Positions 53,931 through 63,149 of a stretch of DNA of 64,000 nucleotides are shown piece by piece. The notes under the pieces were generated by a model, which did not search any database, had not been told where the DNA came from, and saw nothing but the letters and a program-made list of their open reading frames with translations. The stretch covers positions 224,001 through 288,000 of the forward strand of contig JBBQFN010000003.1 of NCBI GenBank assembly GCA_038321985.1, read 5' to 3'. A program made the translations under genes and the position numbers. Each line of letters starts with the position of its first letter. Positions within the stretch are counted from its first letter, which is position 1. The stretch is from Cyanophyceae cyanobacterium. GTDB lineage: Bacteria > Cyanobacteriota > Cyanobacteriia > Cyanobacteriales > Laspinemataceae.

Positions 53931-55289
53931 ATGCATATCCTCGCTTTCTTGTCAAGCCTCTTAATTGCTCAAGCTCAACCGGCACCGGAACCCCAAGAAA
54001 TTGTCCAACCCCAATCCGTTCGCCCCTTACCGGGCAGACTGGATAATGTGCCGATGTTTAATAGCAATAGTCCCGAAAAAATCGGGAGTGAAGGCATTTT
54101 ACTCTCCACCTTTCCTCCCGATGGCAAACCATTTCCCTCCGCCCATCTCAACTTCCCCTTTCAAGGTCGCTTTGATATCTTTGCTCATCATGTGTTTGGG
54201 GACCGAGAACTTGATGATTTAACCCCAATGTATGTAGGAATCCTCGTTCATAATCCCACCCAAGAACCCGTTACCCTGAATATCCTCCAGGGAGCAAGTT
54301 ATCTCTCTCAACCGGATGCGCCGTTTGTTCAATTGCCACCCGTTGTGCCGAATCCTTTGGGAGAGGTTTTCGCAGGACCTGGAGGGCGAGTCACCAGTGA
54401 AATTCTGCGGGGACAGCGCCAAGATATCTGGCCCGCGCAACTGGTGATTCCACCTCAGTCAAGTCAAATGTTGATGAATTTGCCGATTCCAGTTCGCACC
54501 TTAGAACCGCCTCTAAATGGTCGTTCGACCTTAATGCGGTTGTCCAGTAGTGGGCAAGTCTATGTGGCGAGTTTGGCGATGTATGCGCGGCAGGATGCCA
54601 GCGGGAATGAGCGATCGCCTACTCTGGAGGAATGGCAGCAGCTTTTAGAGTCGGCAGATGTGGCAACTCCGCGCGATCGGACTCCCACTCCCCCCGACCA
54701 AACCGAGGGCCAAAGGATCTACGGTCGAGTCGCCGGGGTGTCCCAGGGTTCAGCGTGGGTTGGTCAATTGGTCGATCGCCCAGATATTCAAGGTTTGAGT
54801 ATTCCTCCATCAGGACAAGGGTTTTCCTACGCGATCGCCTCCTTACCCGGGGGACGATTGGGGACTCAACAGGTGCAAAGTGCGCCGATGTTAGTACGCT
54901 ATCCCGACACGGCCTATGGTGCTCACGGAAACTATGGCCTAGAATACCGTTTAAGTTTACCTCTGATCAACGAAACGGAGGCTACAGAAACGGTGACAGT
55001 CAGCTTACAAACCCCGTTAAAAGAAGAGAGTTTGACTCAACCTGGGTTAAGGTTTTTAGACCCTCCGGGACCCCAGGTATTTTTTCGGGGAACGGTACGA
55101 GTTCGCTATAGCGATGATTTAGGAGTCCCAACGACGCGCTATTGGCATTTGGTGCAGCGTCGGGGACAAATTGGCGAACCCTTAGCGACCCTGGAAATGC
55201 CCCCGGGCAGTCGCCGTTTAGTGGAGGTCGATTTGATTTATCCTCCCGATGCGACCCCACCTCAGGTCCTCACGATTCAGTCTCGCTAA
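53931..55289 (+). CDS. DUF3370 family exported protein
   Basis: VRPLPGRLDNVPMFNSNSPE, GILLSTFP, AHGNYG, YPPDATPPQVLT. Confidence 0.82.
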   Translation: MHILAFLSSLLIAQAQPAPEPQEIVQPQSVRPLPGRLDNVPMFNSNSPEKIGSEGILLSTFPPDGKPFPSAHLNFPFQGRFDIFAHHVFGDRELDDLTPMYVGILVHNPTQEPVTLNILQGASYLSQPDAPFVQLPPVVPNPLGEVFAGPGGRVTSEILRGQRQDIWPAQLVIPPQSSQMLMNLPIPVRTLEPPLNGRSTLMRLSSSGQVYVASLAMYARQDASGNERSPTLEEWQQLLESADVATPRDRTPTPPDQTEGQRIYGRVAGVSQGSAWVGQLVDRPDIQGLSIPPSGQGFSYAIASLPGGRLGTQQVQSAPMLVRYPDTAYGAHGNYGLEYRLSLPLINETEATETVTVSLQTPLKEESLTQPGLRFLDPPGPQVFFRGTVRVRYSDDLGVPTTRYWHLVQRRGQIGEPLATLEMPPGSRRLVEVDLIYPPDATPPQVLTIQSR

Positions 55290-55413
55290 GTTAGGGATCA
55301 ACGCTTCTGGGTCTCGTCCTCGGTCATCAATTCTGCCCTAAATCGGTAGGTTTTAGAGCCAAAAGAGGTTGCTGTGATCGCGCCTCTTTTCCCTGGGGTA
55401 TGTTGCCTTTATG

Positions 55414-55429
55414 TGTGATATCAATCACG
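55414..55429 (+). promoter_or_regulatory. CRP-like binding site
   Basis: TGTGA-TATCAA-TCACG, one mismatch from TGTGA-N6-TCACA, about 100 bp upstream of a small ORF. Confidence 0.55.
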
Positions 55430-55526
55430 GCGAATGAAGATTGATATCACCGACTATTTTTCCCTAGATCACCGGATATTCTCGGGGGTTAGTTGATACT
55501 TAAACTATCCCTTTATATTGGTCGTG

Positions 55527-55727
55527 ATGCCACTTCACGCTATGCTTTATCAATCCAGAATTTCAGACGTATTTTTTCAAGCCTGGAAAGCCGGGTACAT
55601 TAGTCGTTATCAACACACACAGCTAATCCAACCTGGATTAGTAAGCCGACTAAATGAAGAAGACCAAGCGGCGCTTACTCGCTTATCTCACGCGATTAAA
55701 CGAGGATGGCTGGAAGTGATTGATTAA
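55527..55727 (+). CDS. Small hypothetical protein, RLxxAVxRGW family, paralog 2
   Basis: ISDVFF...LNEEDQAALTRLSHAIKRGWLEVID; start 55527 or 55542. Confidence 0.75.
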   Translation: MPLHAMLYQSRISDVFFQAWKAGYISRYQHTQLIQPGLVSRLNEEDQAALTRLSHAIKRGWLEVID

Positions 55728-56022
55728 TATTTTAACCGTTTGGTTTGAGGAGATATTTGATAAAATTTCAGGCTTGACTAAGCCCTTTCTGTTTTCCCTG
55801 TTTTAGTAGAACTTTTGGTTCATATTTTTTCCTATCTCTGTTCGGTCCAACTCTGCACGTTATTTGTAGAGTTTTTTTTTGCCGATTTAGTTAAAGTTTT
55901 AGGAAATAAACCCAAGAAAAGAATTAACCAACCCAGACCCTTTAAAAAAATTAAGGTTACACCCTGAAGATGCACCGGATTAATGTTTAAAGATCGCCCT
56001 GCTTGGGTGTGGCAATTAAAAG

Positions 56023-56094
56023 TGGGTCACCGGGGGCTCGAACCCCGAACCAACGGATTAAGAGTCCGATGCTCTACCATTGAGCTAGTGACCC
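56023..56094 (-). tRNA. trnK: tRNA-Lys(CTT)
   Basis: GGGTCAC acceptor stem, AGCTCAATGGTAGAGC D arm, CT-CTT-AA anticodon loop, GGTTCGAG T loop; CCA not encoded. Confidence 0.95.
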
Positions 56095-56149
56095 AGATTA
56101 ATCAATATAACACAGGGGAAGGGTTTAAGTCAATAGACCCACTCCAGTT

Positions 56150-56974
56150 TCAGGCGACTGCATGGATGGGTTTGGGAAGCGCTATGAAATCATGGTCTTT
56201 GAGGAGTTTGTAGAGATTGACTTCAGTTTCCAGTAAACAGGCATGACCGCTATCAGGTAATAGAACTTGTTTAGCCTTGGGAATGCAATAGGTCAAGCGG
56301 GTGGCTTCGGCAGCAGAGGGTAACAGCCGATCGCCGGTACTGGCAATCACTAACACAGGTTGACGGATGCGACTTAACTCGTGGGAGTCAATCTCAAACT
56401 CTCGGAGTAAATTCACTCGCCAAGTGCTTGTAGGTTGGGGGACTGACTGCATCGCCGCTAACAAATCATTGCGTTCTCGACGGGCGATGCGACCCAGGGA
56501 GGCTAAAAAGGGTAATAGACCCATGACGGATAAAGCGTAGATGGGCGGGGGTAACCATCCCGTCAGGTGGGAGCCAAAATGGAGCCATGCTTGGCCCATA
56601 AAACAAGAGGCGGGATTAACTAAAATCAATCGATCAAATAGTTCGGGGGCTTGCAGCGCGATTTTCATAGCCAAGCAACCGCCAAAAGACTCGCCACACA
56701 GATAAACCGTAGGGGGGCGACTCTGCCGAAATTGCGATCGTAACAATGCGACGACTTTTTCGGTTAATTGGCCCCACGAGGATAAATCGTGGGCCGGCAT
56801 TGCTAGAGATTGGATATTAAAGGCGTTAGAGAGTCCTTTGTTAATTTGCGATCGCAGAAGTTCCCCGGTTCCATCCATCCCGGGTAAATAAACGAATAAT
56901 GGCAAATCAGGTTTAAAAGTTGAGGGGTTTGAAAACTGAAACCTCTGGTTAAAATTGTGCATGAGTGAACCCAT
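56150..56974 (-). CDS. Alpha/beta hydrolase
   Basis: YLPGMDGTG, GESFGG nucleophile elbow, DRLLPS, SGHACLLE; start uncertain. Confidence 0.9.
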   Translation of the reverse strand: MGSLMHNFNQRFQFSNPSTFKPDLPLFVYLPGMDGTGELLRSQINKGLSNAFNIQSLAMPAHDLSSWGQLTEKVVALLRSQFRQSRPPTVYLCGESFGGCLAMKIALQAPELFDRLILVNPASCFMGQAWLHFGSHLTGWLPPPIYALSVMGLLPFLASLGRIARRERNDLLAAMQSVPQPTSTWRVNLLREFEIDSHELSRIRQPVLVIASTGDRLLPSAAEATRLTYCIPKAKQVLLPDSGHACLLETEVNLYKLLKDHDFIALPKPIHAVA

Positions 56975-57010
56975 ATCTTTTTTCCCTAAAAATTTTAATT
57001 TCAACCCCGT

Positions 57011-57736
57011 TTAATAACAGCCTTTCACGAGTAAACCCGCAATTTCTTCCCGGCAGCGGTCGGTAATTTCATTGACTAGGCGTTTGCCTGATTTACCCGG
57101 ATAGCCTTGTTTTTGTGCCGGGGTAATCCAATACGGACGACCGATCAGGACATTGACTCGACGATAAATCACCATAGGGTGGAATCCATCCTGTTGGAAA
57201 TGAGGCTCAGAGGGGTCAAATAGACTTAACATTCGCACGGGGAGCCCGTAAAGCACTTGTTCTTCCATTGAGGCGATCGCCACCGGCACAATCGCCAGTT
57301 CTGATACCTTGGCACTCAAAGCTAAATGGGCGAACCCCCGATGAAACTCCCCAACTTCCGAAGGCGGGGTTAACCGGACCATAGGAGTTGCTCCTTCTGG
57401 AAACACTCCAATCGCCGATTGTTGTAGTAGTAGCTTACTCCCTTGGCGAAAAAAGCGATGCTGTTGTGGCCCGTATGCCTCCAACACCAAGCACCCCAAC
57501 TCCGTCACGAATTCTCGTAACAGGGGCACTTGGCCCATATAATGATGACAGGCAAAGTGGATCGAGCGTCCTATTCCTGCCATTAGTAAGGGGGCGTCCA
57601 TAAAGCTGCGATGATTGCTCACGATCAAAGCGGCACCTTCTTGGGGAACGCGGTCCCGGTAGTAGATGAAGGTGCGGGTGCCAAAGGCATTTAGAAACCC
57701 GTGTGAAATTTGCAGTGGCCTATCTTCTAATGACAT
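57011..57736 (-). CDS. Lysophospholipid acyltransferase (PlsC-like)
   Basis: SNHRSFMD (NHx4D), VFPEG, IVPVAI. Confidence 0.9.
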   Translation of the reverse strand: MSLEDRPLQISHGFLNAFGTRTFIYYRDRVPQEGAALIVSNHRSFMDAPLLMAGIGRSIHFACHHYMGQVPLLREFVTELGCLVLEAYGPQQHRFFRQGSKLLLQQSAIGVFPEGATPMVRLTPPSEVGEFHRGFAHLALSAKVSELAIVPVAIASMEEQVLYGLPVRMLSLFDPSEPHFQQDGFHPMVIYRRVNVLIGRPYWITPAQKQGYPGKSGKRLVNEITDRCREEIAGLLVKGCY

Positions 57737-58403
57737 TTTAAGGGCGCGATCGACTATGAGCCTTGGAAAATTCCGCAACTTCCAAGCAGGTTTACATCGG
57801 GTAAGAGCGTTTGTAAACTATTATAAAGTACAGATTAATGTCCGGCTTTTCAAGAGAGCCAGGATTCTAATCGAGCTCCCCATCCTGGGTCCTCACCTAC
57901 TACCCTCTCTGAGGCAGGGATAGTAGTACCGCTTTCAGGTCTGGGGATCACCCAGGCGATAAATTTCCCCACGGGATAACCCGGTGTTCACAAGAAACCG
58001 TGCTATTTTCTTGCCCTAACCTACTCAGACTTTCTAAAATTGAGTAGAACAGGGCAACAAAGACCCGAGTTTTTGGGATCAATATATCTGCTTTGATCAC
58101 CGAAAAAGAGAGCAGACCCTGGCAGTTAGAAACCGGCGATCGCCGGAAAACCTATTCCGGAATTGTCCTCAATCAGACGGTCCCCCCTGGAAAATATGTA
58201 GAAATTCTTTAAAAATCTAGACAACAAAGCTCAACAAGTTTTAGAAAATCTTTAGAAAATCTTTAGATATCAGAGACATCACCTCTTGTAATAGAAGCCT
58301 CGATTCTGCTAAAAATTTTATAAAATGTCTAGTATAATGGAAGTTTGCCGCCCCTCATGTTACCATCGAAATAAAAGAATGGGGGTCGTTTTTAACCGAA
58401 TCC

Positions 58404-60008
58404 ATGAACTCTACCAAGACCAGTAAAAATACATTTGCTATTACAACACCGCTTTACTATGTAAACGATTTGCCTCACATTGGCAGCGCCTATACCACGA
58501 TTGCTGCCGATGTTATAGCGAGGTTTGAGCGACTTCGGGGGAAATCAGTCCTGCTGATTACCGGAACCGATGAACATGGGCAGAAAATAGAGCGGACAGC
58601 ACAGGAGTTAGGGCGATCGCCCCAAGAACACTGCGACATAATTGCCAGTGGATTTCTACTCTTGTGGGAAAAACTGAATATTGCCTACGACCGATTTAGT
58701 CGGACCACCAATCCCCGCCATGAAGCAGTCGTTAAACAATTTTTCCAGCGCGTCTGGGATAAGGATGATATTTATTTAAGCCAGCAAACAGGTTGGTACT
58801 GTGTTGCTTGCGAAGAATTTAAAGAAAAACGTGAACTCCTAGAGGACAATCACTGTCCGATGCATCCCAACCGGGAAGTCGAATGGCGTGATGAGCAGAA
58901 CTACTTTTTTCGCCTCTCTAAATACCAACCGCAACTGGAGGCCCTCTATCAAGAGCGCCCTGACTTCATCCGGCCCCCAAGCCGTCGCAACGAAGTCTTG
59001 AGCTTTGTCCAACAAGGACTGCAAGACTTCTCCATTTCTCGGGTTAATGTCGAGTGGGGTTTTCCTGTGCCCGTGGACCCAAAGCAGACCCTCTATGTTT
59101 GGTTTGACGCCCTTTTGGGATATGTAACGGCCCTGCTAGAACCCGATGAAGAACCCACCCTAGAGAATGCCTTATCAAAATGGTGGCCGATTAATCTACA
59201 CCTAATTGGCAAAGACATTTTGCGATTTCACGCGGTGTATTGGCCGGCGATGCTGATGTCCGCAGGGATGCCGGTTTCCGGTAGCCTGTTTGGACATGGG
59301 TTTTTAACCAAAGATGGTCAGAAAATTAGCAAAACTTTGGGTAATATTATTGACCCATTAGATTTAGTCGAACGGTACGGATCCGATGCGATTCGTTACT
59401 ACTTTCTGAAAGAAATTGAATTTGGACGGGACGGGGATTTTAACGAAACGCGTTTTATCAATATTCTCAATGCTGATCTAGCGAATGACCTTGGAAATTT
59501 ACTGAATCGGACCTTGGGCATGGTCAAAAAGTATTGTCAGGGTCAGGTGCCGAACGTCAGCCCCGAGGAAATTGCCTCAGACAATGGGTTAAAAGCCGCA
59601 GGTGCAACTTTAGGCGATCGCGTCACCCATGCTTATGAGGGGCTGCAATTTAGCCAAGGATGTGAAGATATTCTATCCTTGGTGCGGGGCTGCAACAAGT
59701 ACATCGACGAACAGGCACCTTGGAAACTCTATAAGCAGGGGGAACAGCAGGCCGTTGAGCAAGTGCTCTATGCTGTTTTAGAGTCCGTCCGGCTGGCCGC
59801 TTATCTACTCTCTCCCGTGATCCCGAATATCAGCACGGCGATTTATCAGCAACTCGGGTATTCGATTGATTTTAATGAGCAAACCTCTATCGCGAGTGCG
59901 CTGAATTTTCCAACTCATTCCACCTGGGGGATTCTCAGTGCCGATCGCGTGTTGGGAGAACCTAAACCCGTTTTTGCTCGCCTGGAGTTGGTCAACCCCG
60001 TAGCTTAA
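58404..60008 (+). CDS. metG: Methionine--tRNA ligase
   Basis: YYVN..PHIGS, TGTDEHG, YVWFDAL, GKDILRFH, KISKT, NDLGNL. Confidence 0.97.
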   Translation: MNSTKTSKNTFAITTPLYYVNDLPHIGSAYTTIAADVIARFERLRGKSVLLITGTDEHGQKIERTAQELGRSPQEHCDIIASGFLLLWEKLNIAYDRFSRTTNPRHEAVVKQFFQRVWDKDDIYLSQQTGWYCVACEEFKEKRELLEDNHCPMHPNREVEWRDEQNYFFRLSKYQPQLEALYQERPDFIRPPSRRNEVLSFVQQGLQDFSISRVNVEWGFPVPVDPKQTLYVWFDALLGYVTALLEPDEEPTLENALSKWWPINLHLIGKDILRFHAVYWPAMLMSAGMPVSGSLFGHGFLTKDGQKISKTLGNIIDPLDLVERYGSDAIRYYFLKEIEFGRDGDFNETRFINILNADLANDLGNLLNRTLGMVKKYCQGQVPNVSPEEIASDNGLKAAGATLGDRVTHAYEGLQFSQGCEDILSLVRGCNKYIDEQAPWKLYKQGEQQAVEQVLYAVLESVRLAAYLLSPVIPNISTAIYQQLGYSIDFNEQTSIASALNFPTHSTWGILSADRVLGEPKPVFARLELVNPVA

Positions 60009-60254
60009 AAGCAGGGCGATCGCCAAAGTTCACGAGAAAAGAGCGAGTAGAATTATCGAGTATAGGGGGTGGGGGTAAAGAGGGGTCCCTATCCCATTCA
60101 CACAAAAACGATAATCGGGGCGTTAGGGCACCGTTCCGGTATATCATCAGTTGCCATCGGTTCAACCTACTCCGGTGACAACTGGGCCACTCCCTCTATC
60201 ATAGATAATATGAAAAATCAATTTCCCGATAAAAAAAACTGAGGAATAACAACC

Positions 60255-60866
60255 ATGTTGCATCATCATCCAGAAAACAACAACATATTTACCCCAGAAC
60301 AGGTTTTAGAAAATCGTGGTCGCGTTGCGATTTTTATTGATGGCTCGAATTTATTTTATGCGGCCTTGCAGTTGGGAATAGAAATCGACTATACCAAGCT
60401 CCTATGTCGCTTGACTGCGGGTTCCCGGCTACTGCGTTCCTTTTTCTATACCGGCGTCGATCGCACCAATGAAAAACAACAGGGATTTTTGTTGTGGATG
60501 CGTCGCAATGGTTATCGCGTGATCTCAAAAGATTTAGTTCAGCTTCCCGATGGCTCCAAAAAAGCAAACTTGGATGTGGAAATTGCGGTGGACATGATGG
60601 CATTGGTTGGTTCCTATGACACCGCAGTGTTAGTCAGTGGGGATGGAGACCTCGCTTATTCAGTTGATGCCGTTAGCTATCGTGGGGTGAGAGTGGAAGT
60701 GGTCAGCCTACGCTCAATGACAAGCGATAGTTTAATTAACGTTGCCGATCGCTATATTGACCTAGAATCCATCAAGGAAGATATTCAAAAAACTCCCAGG
60801 CAACCGAATTATACCTACCGACCGCTTTCTACTATTAGCATGATGGATGAGGTGGAAGACCGCTAA
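60255..60866 (+). CDS. NYN domain protein (LabA/DUF88 family)
   Basis: IFIDGSN, DVEIAVD, SGDGD. Confidence 0.9.
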   Translation: MLHHHPENNNIFTPEQVLENRGRVAIFIDGSNLFYAALQLGIEIDYTKLLCRLTAGSRLLRSFFYTGVDRTNEKQQGFLLWMRRNGYRVISKDLVQLPDGSKKANLDVEIAVDMMALVGSYDTAVLVSGDGDLAYSVDAVSYRGVRVEVVSLRSMTSDSLINVADRYIDLESIKEDIQKTPRQPNYTYRPLSTISMMDEVEDR

Positions 60867-60904
60867 CTTATTCTGGACTCAGACATCAACGGTAACTATT
60901 AAAA

Positions 60905-62068
60905 GTGAAAAATTCATTTTTTTTCCTTTTGCTTTTATACGCCTTACTGGGATTAGGGTTACCTAGTTGTGCCTTTTTTAAAAAGGGCAACACTCCGCAG
61001 GTAACCGAGGGAGAAGAAGCACGGGATAAAACGTTAACATTTAACGATGTCACTCTGGAACAAGCTAATGCTGAAGGCGAAATCGTATGGAAAGTGCGAG
61101 CGCCTTCAGCCACATACAATGATGAAAAGAAAATTACCTATTTAGAAACCCCAACGGGAGAACTATTCCAACAAGGTCAGTTAGTCTATAAAATAGAGTC
61201 CCAAAAGGGTGAAGTTCATGGTGACGGATCTAAAATTATTCTCCAGAACCAGATTGTTGCAACGGAAGTTACAAATAAGGCCGTAATCCGTGCCGACGAA
61301 TTAGAATGGTTACCGGCAGAAGATTTGCTGGTTGTTCGCAATAACGTCCAGGGAACCCATCCAGATATCCAGATTACGACGAATGAAGCACGCCTTCAAA
61401 GTCAACTTCAGCGCATGGAATTGCTAGGTAATGTGGTCGCAACCACTCAAAAAAATCCCGTGTTGCAAATGCGTTCCGAGGGGGTGGTATGGCAGATGGA
61501 CACGGACGAAATTATCAGCGATCGCCCGGTGCAAATTGATCGTTATCTGTGTGAAAATCCGCAAAATTGTCCAGCCAGTGATAAGGCTGTAGGGGATCGC
61601 GGTCAATTGAATCTAAAGACTAATATCCTGACTCTGGAACAACAAGTTCAAATCACCTTGAGTCAACCGGCTATTACCATCAATAGCGACTTGATGCGTT
61701 GGAATATTCCCGCTCAAAGTGTGACTAGCGAACGTCGGGTAACCATTGTGAATCCGCAGCAACAGTTGACCTTAATGGGCGATCGCGGTACCCTGGAACT
61801 GAAAAGTTCAATTGTGAATTTAGCGGGTAATGTATCTGGTGTGCGTGAGCGCCCTGCATCAGAGTTCAAAGCCGATCGCATGACTTGGGTGATCCCCACG
61901 GAAGAGTTTCAAGCCGAGGGAAATGTTTTTTATCGCCAAGCTGATCCTCCGTTTACGGTAACTGGACCTAAAGCTGTTGGCAAACTTCAGGACCAAAGTA
62001 TTGTCATCACCGGGGGTGATGTAGTTACGGATGTAATTCCGGATAGCACTAATATCCGAAGGGAGTGA
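60905..62068 (+). CDS. lptC: LPS export protein LptC (cyanobacterial long form)
   Basis: Lipobox-like LPSC, LTFNDVTLEQ...W, repeated beta-strand pattern; follows metG and NYN gene. Confidence 0.78.
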   Translation: MKNSFFFLLLLYALLGLGLPSCAFFKKGNTPQVTEGEEARDKTLTFNDVTLEQANAEGEIVWKVRAPSATYNDEKKITYLETPTGELFQQGQLVYKIESQKGEVHGDGSKIILQNQIVATEVTNKAVIRADELEWLPAEDLLVVRNNVQGTHPDIQITTNEARLQSQLQRMELLGNVVATTQKNPVLQMRSEGVVWQMDTDEIISDRPVQIDRYLCENPQNCPASDKAVGDRGQLNLKTNILTLEQQVQITLSQPAITINSDLMRWNIPAQSVTSERRVTIVNPQQQLTLMGDRGTLELKSSIVNLAGNVSGVRERPASEFKADRMTWVIPTEEFQAEGNVFYRQADPPFTVTGPKAVGKLQDQSIVITGGDVVTDVIPDSTNIRRE

Positions 62069-62193
62069 GGAATAGGAAAATTAGGACCGCTCAGGGCAGA
62101 GTTTAAATTTTTATCGGAATTTTCTCTCTTTTCTCCGCGAAAAAATAAGCCGAAGGTGCCAAGAGAGAGGGCAATTAAACTGGAAGAGGCTGT

Positions 62194-62397
62194 TTAGTCG
62201 TTGGTTAATTGTAACCATCCGCGACGGACTGCGTAAATGAGGCGATCAATTGAGCTTTGTTCCTCTTTAGGGAGGCTATCTTGTAACAGAGTGACTTTTA
62301 GATATTGTCGGTGTTCCCGCGTTAGGTGTCCTGAGGCGTAAATTAGAAAGAACAATTCGGAAAGATTGAATTGGGAAATTAAAAATTGAGTATTCAT
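62194..62397 (-). CDS. Small hypothetical protein, RLxxAVxRGW family, paralog 3
   Basis: LSELFF...LPKEEQSSIDRLIYAVRRGWLQLTND. Confidence 0.78.
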   Translation of the reverse strand: MNTQFLISQFNLSELFFLIYASGHLTREHRQYLKVTLLQDSLPKEEQSSIDRLIYAVRRGWLQLTND

Positions 62398-63149
62398 TAG
62401 AAGGGGGTTAAATTTTAATGGCTTTATTCTAACATGACTTTTTTTTAAGGTTTGAGTGCGATTGCTACCCCTAATGTGAAGTGATATATAGCGGTTTCCG
62501 GACTCAGGAGGTACTCCTATAAGCTGTATGGAATTCCGGAGATTTTAAGGGTTAAATTTAAGAAGTTAAAGTTGAAATAGTAAAAGCGTGGGTTTAAGTT
62601 TTAAAAACAGAGAAATCTTAATTATTCAGACCCTAGATTGAGGAGGGGAAGCATCTGCTCTTCCCTGCTACATAGCAAGAACAAAAAACTCCCCTTTTTT
62701 GACAAGAGGTGCAATTTTCAATGAGACTCACTCTATAGGGATTATCCCTAGTTTTTGCTCGTTAAAAATTTAATTAAAATCCCTGGTAAATCCAGAGTGT
62801 GAAAAATAGAGAGAAAATTTCATTACAGGCCCGCGTCCCCTTGGACCAATGCAGAGCAGTATAACGGACCCAATTCAGGACTGGGAGTCAGTGACTCAGG
62901 AGGTCAGTTAATGCCATGATTGATCCAGATAGTCAAGAAGGGGTTGAAAGTCTTTGTTGGGGTAAATTAAGGCGGCTTAGCGTTCCTGAAATTCTATTAC
63001 CTCGATCAGTTATCATAACCTTTAAGGGGGCGGGTTAAAACCTGTAATGCAATTTCATCCGCCCACTCCAGCCTGACAGCTTTCATCGCTGGTTTTCGTC
63101 AGTTAGTTGTTTTTTTAAACTCCCCACTCACCCCTTGACTCGAAAGCTT

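Noticed and set aside
49558..56094. tRNA-Lys as integration site of the defence islet
   Set aside because: No duplicated tRNA 3' end or integrase seen, and a DUF3370 gene intervenes
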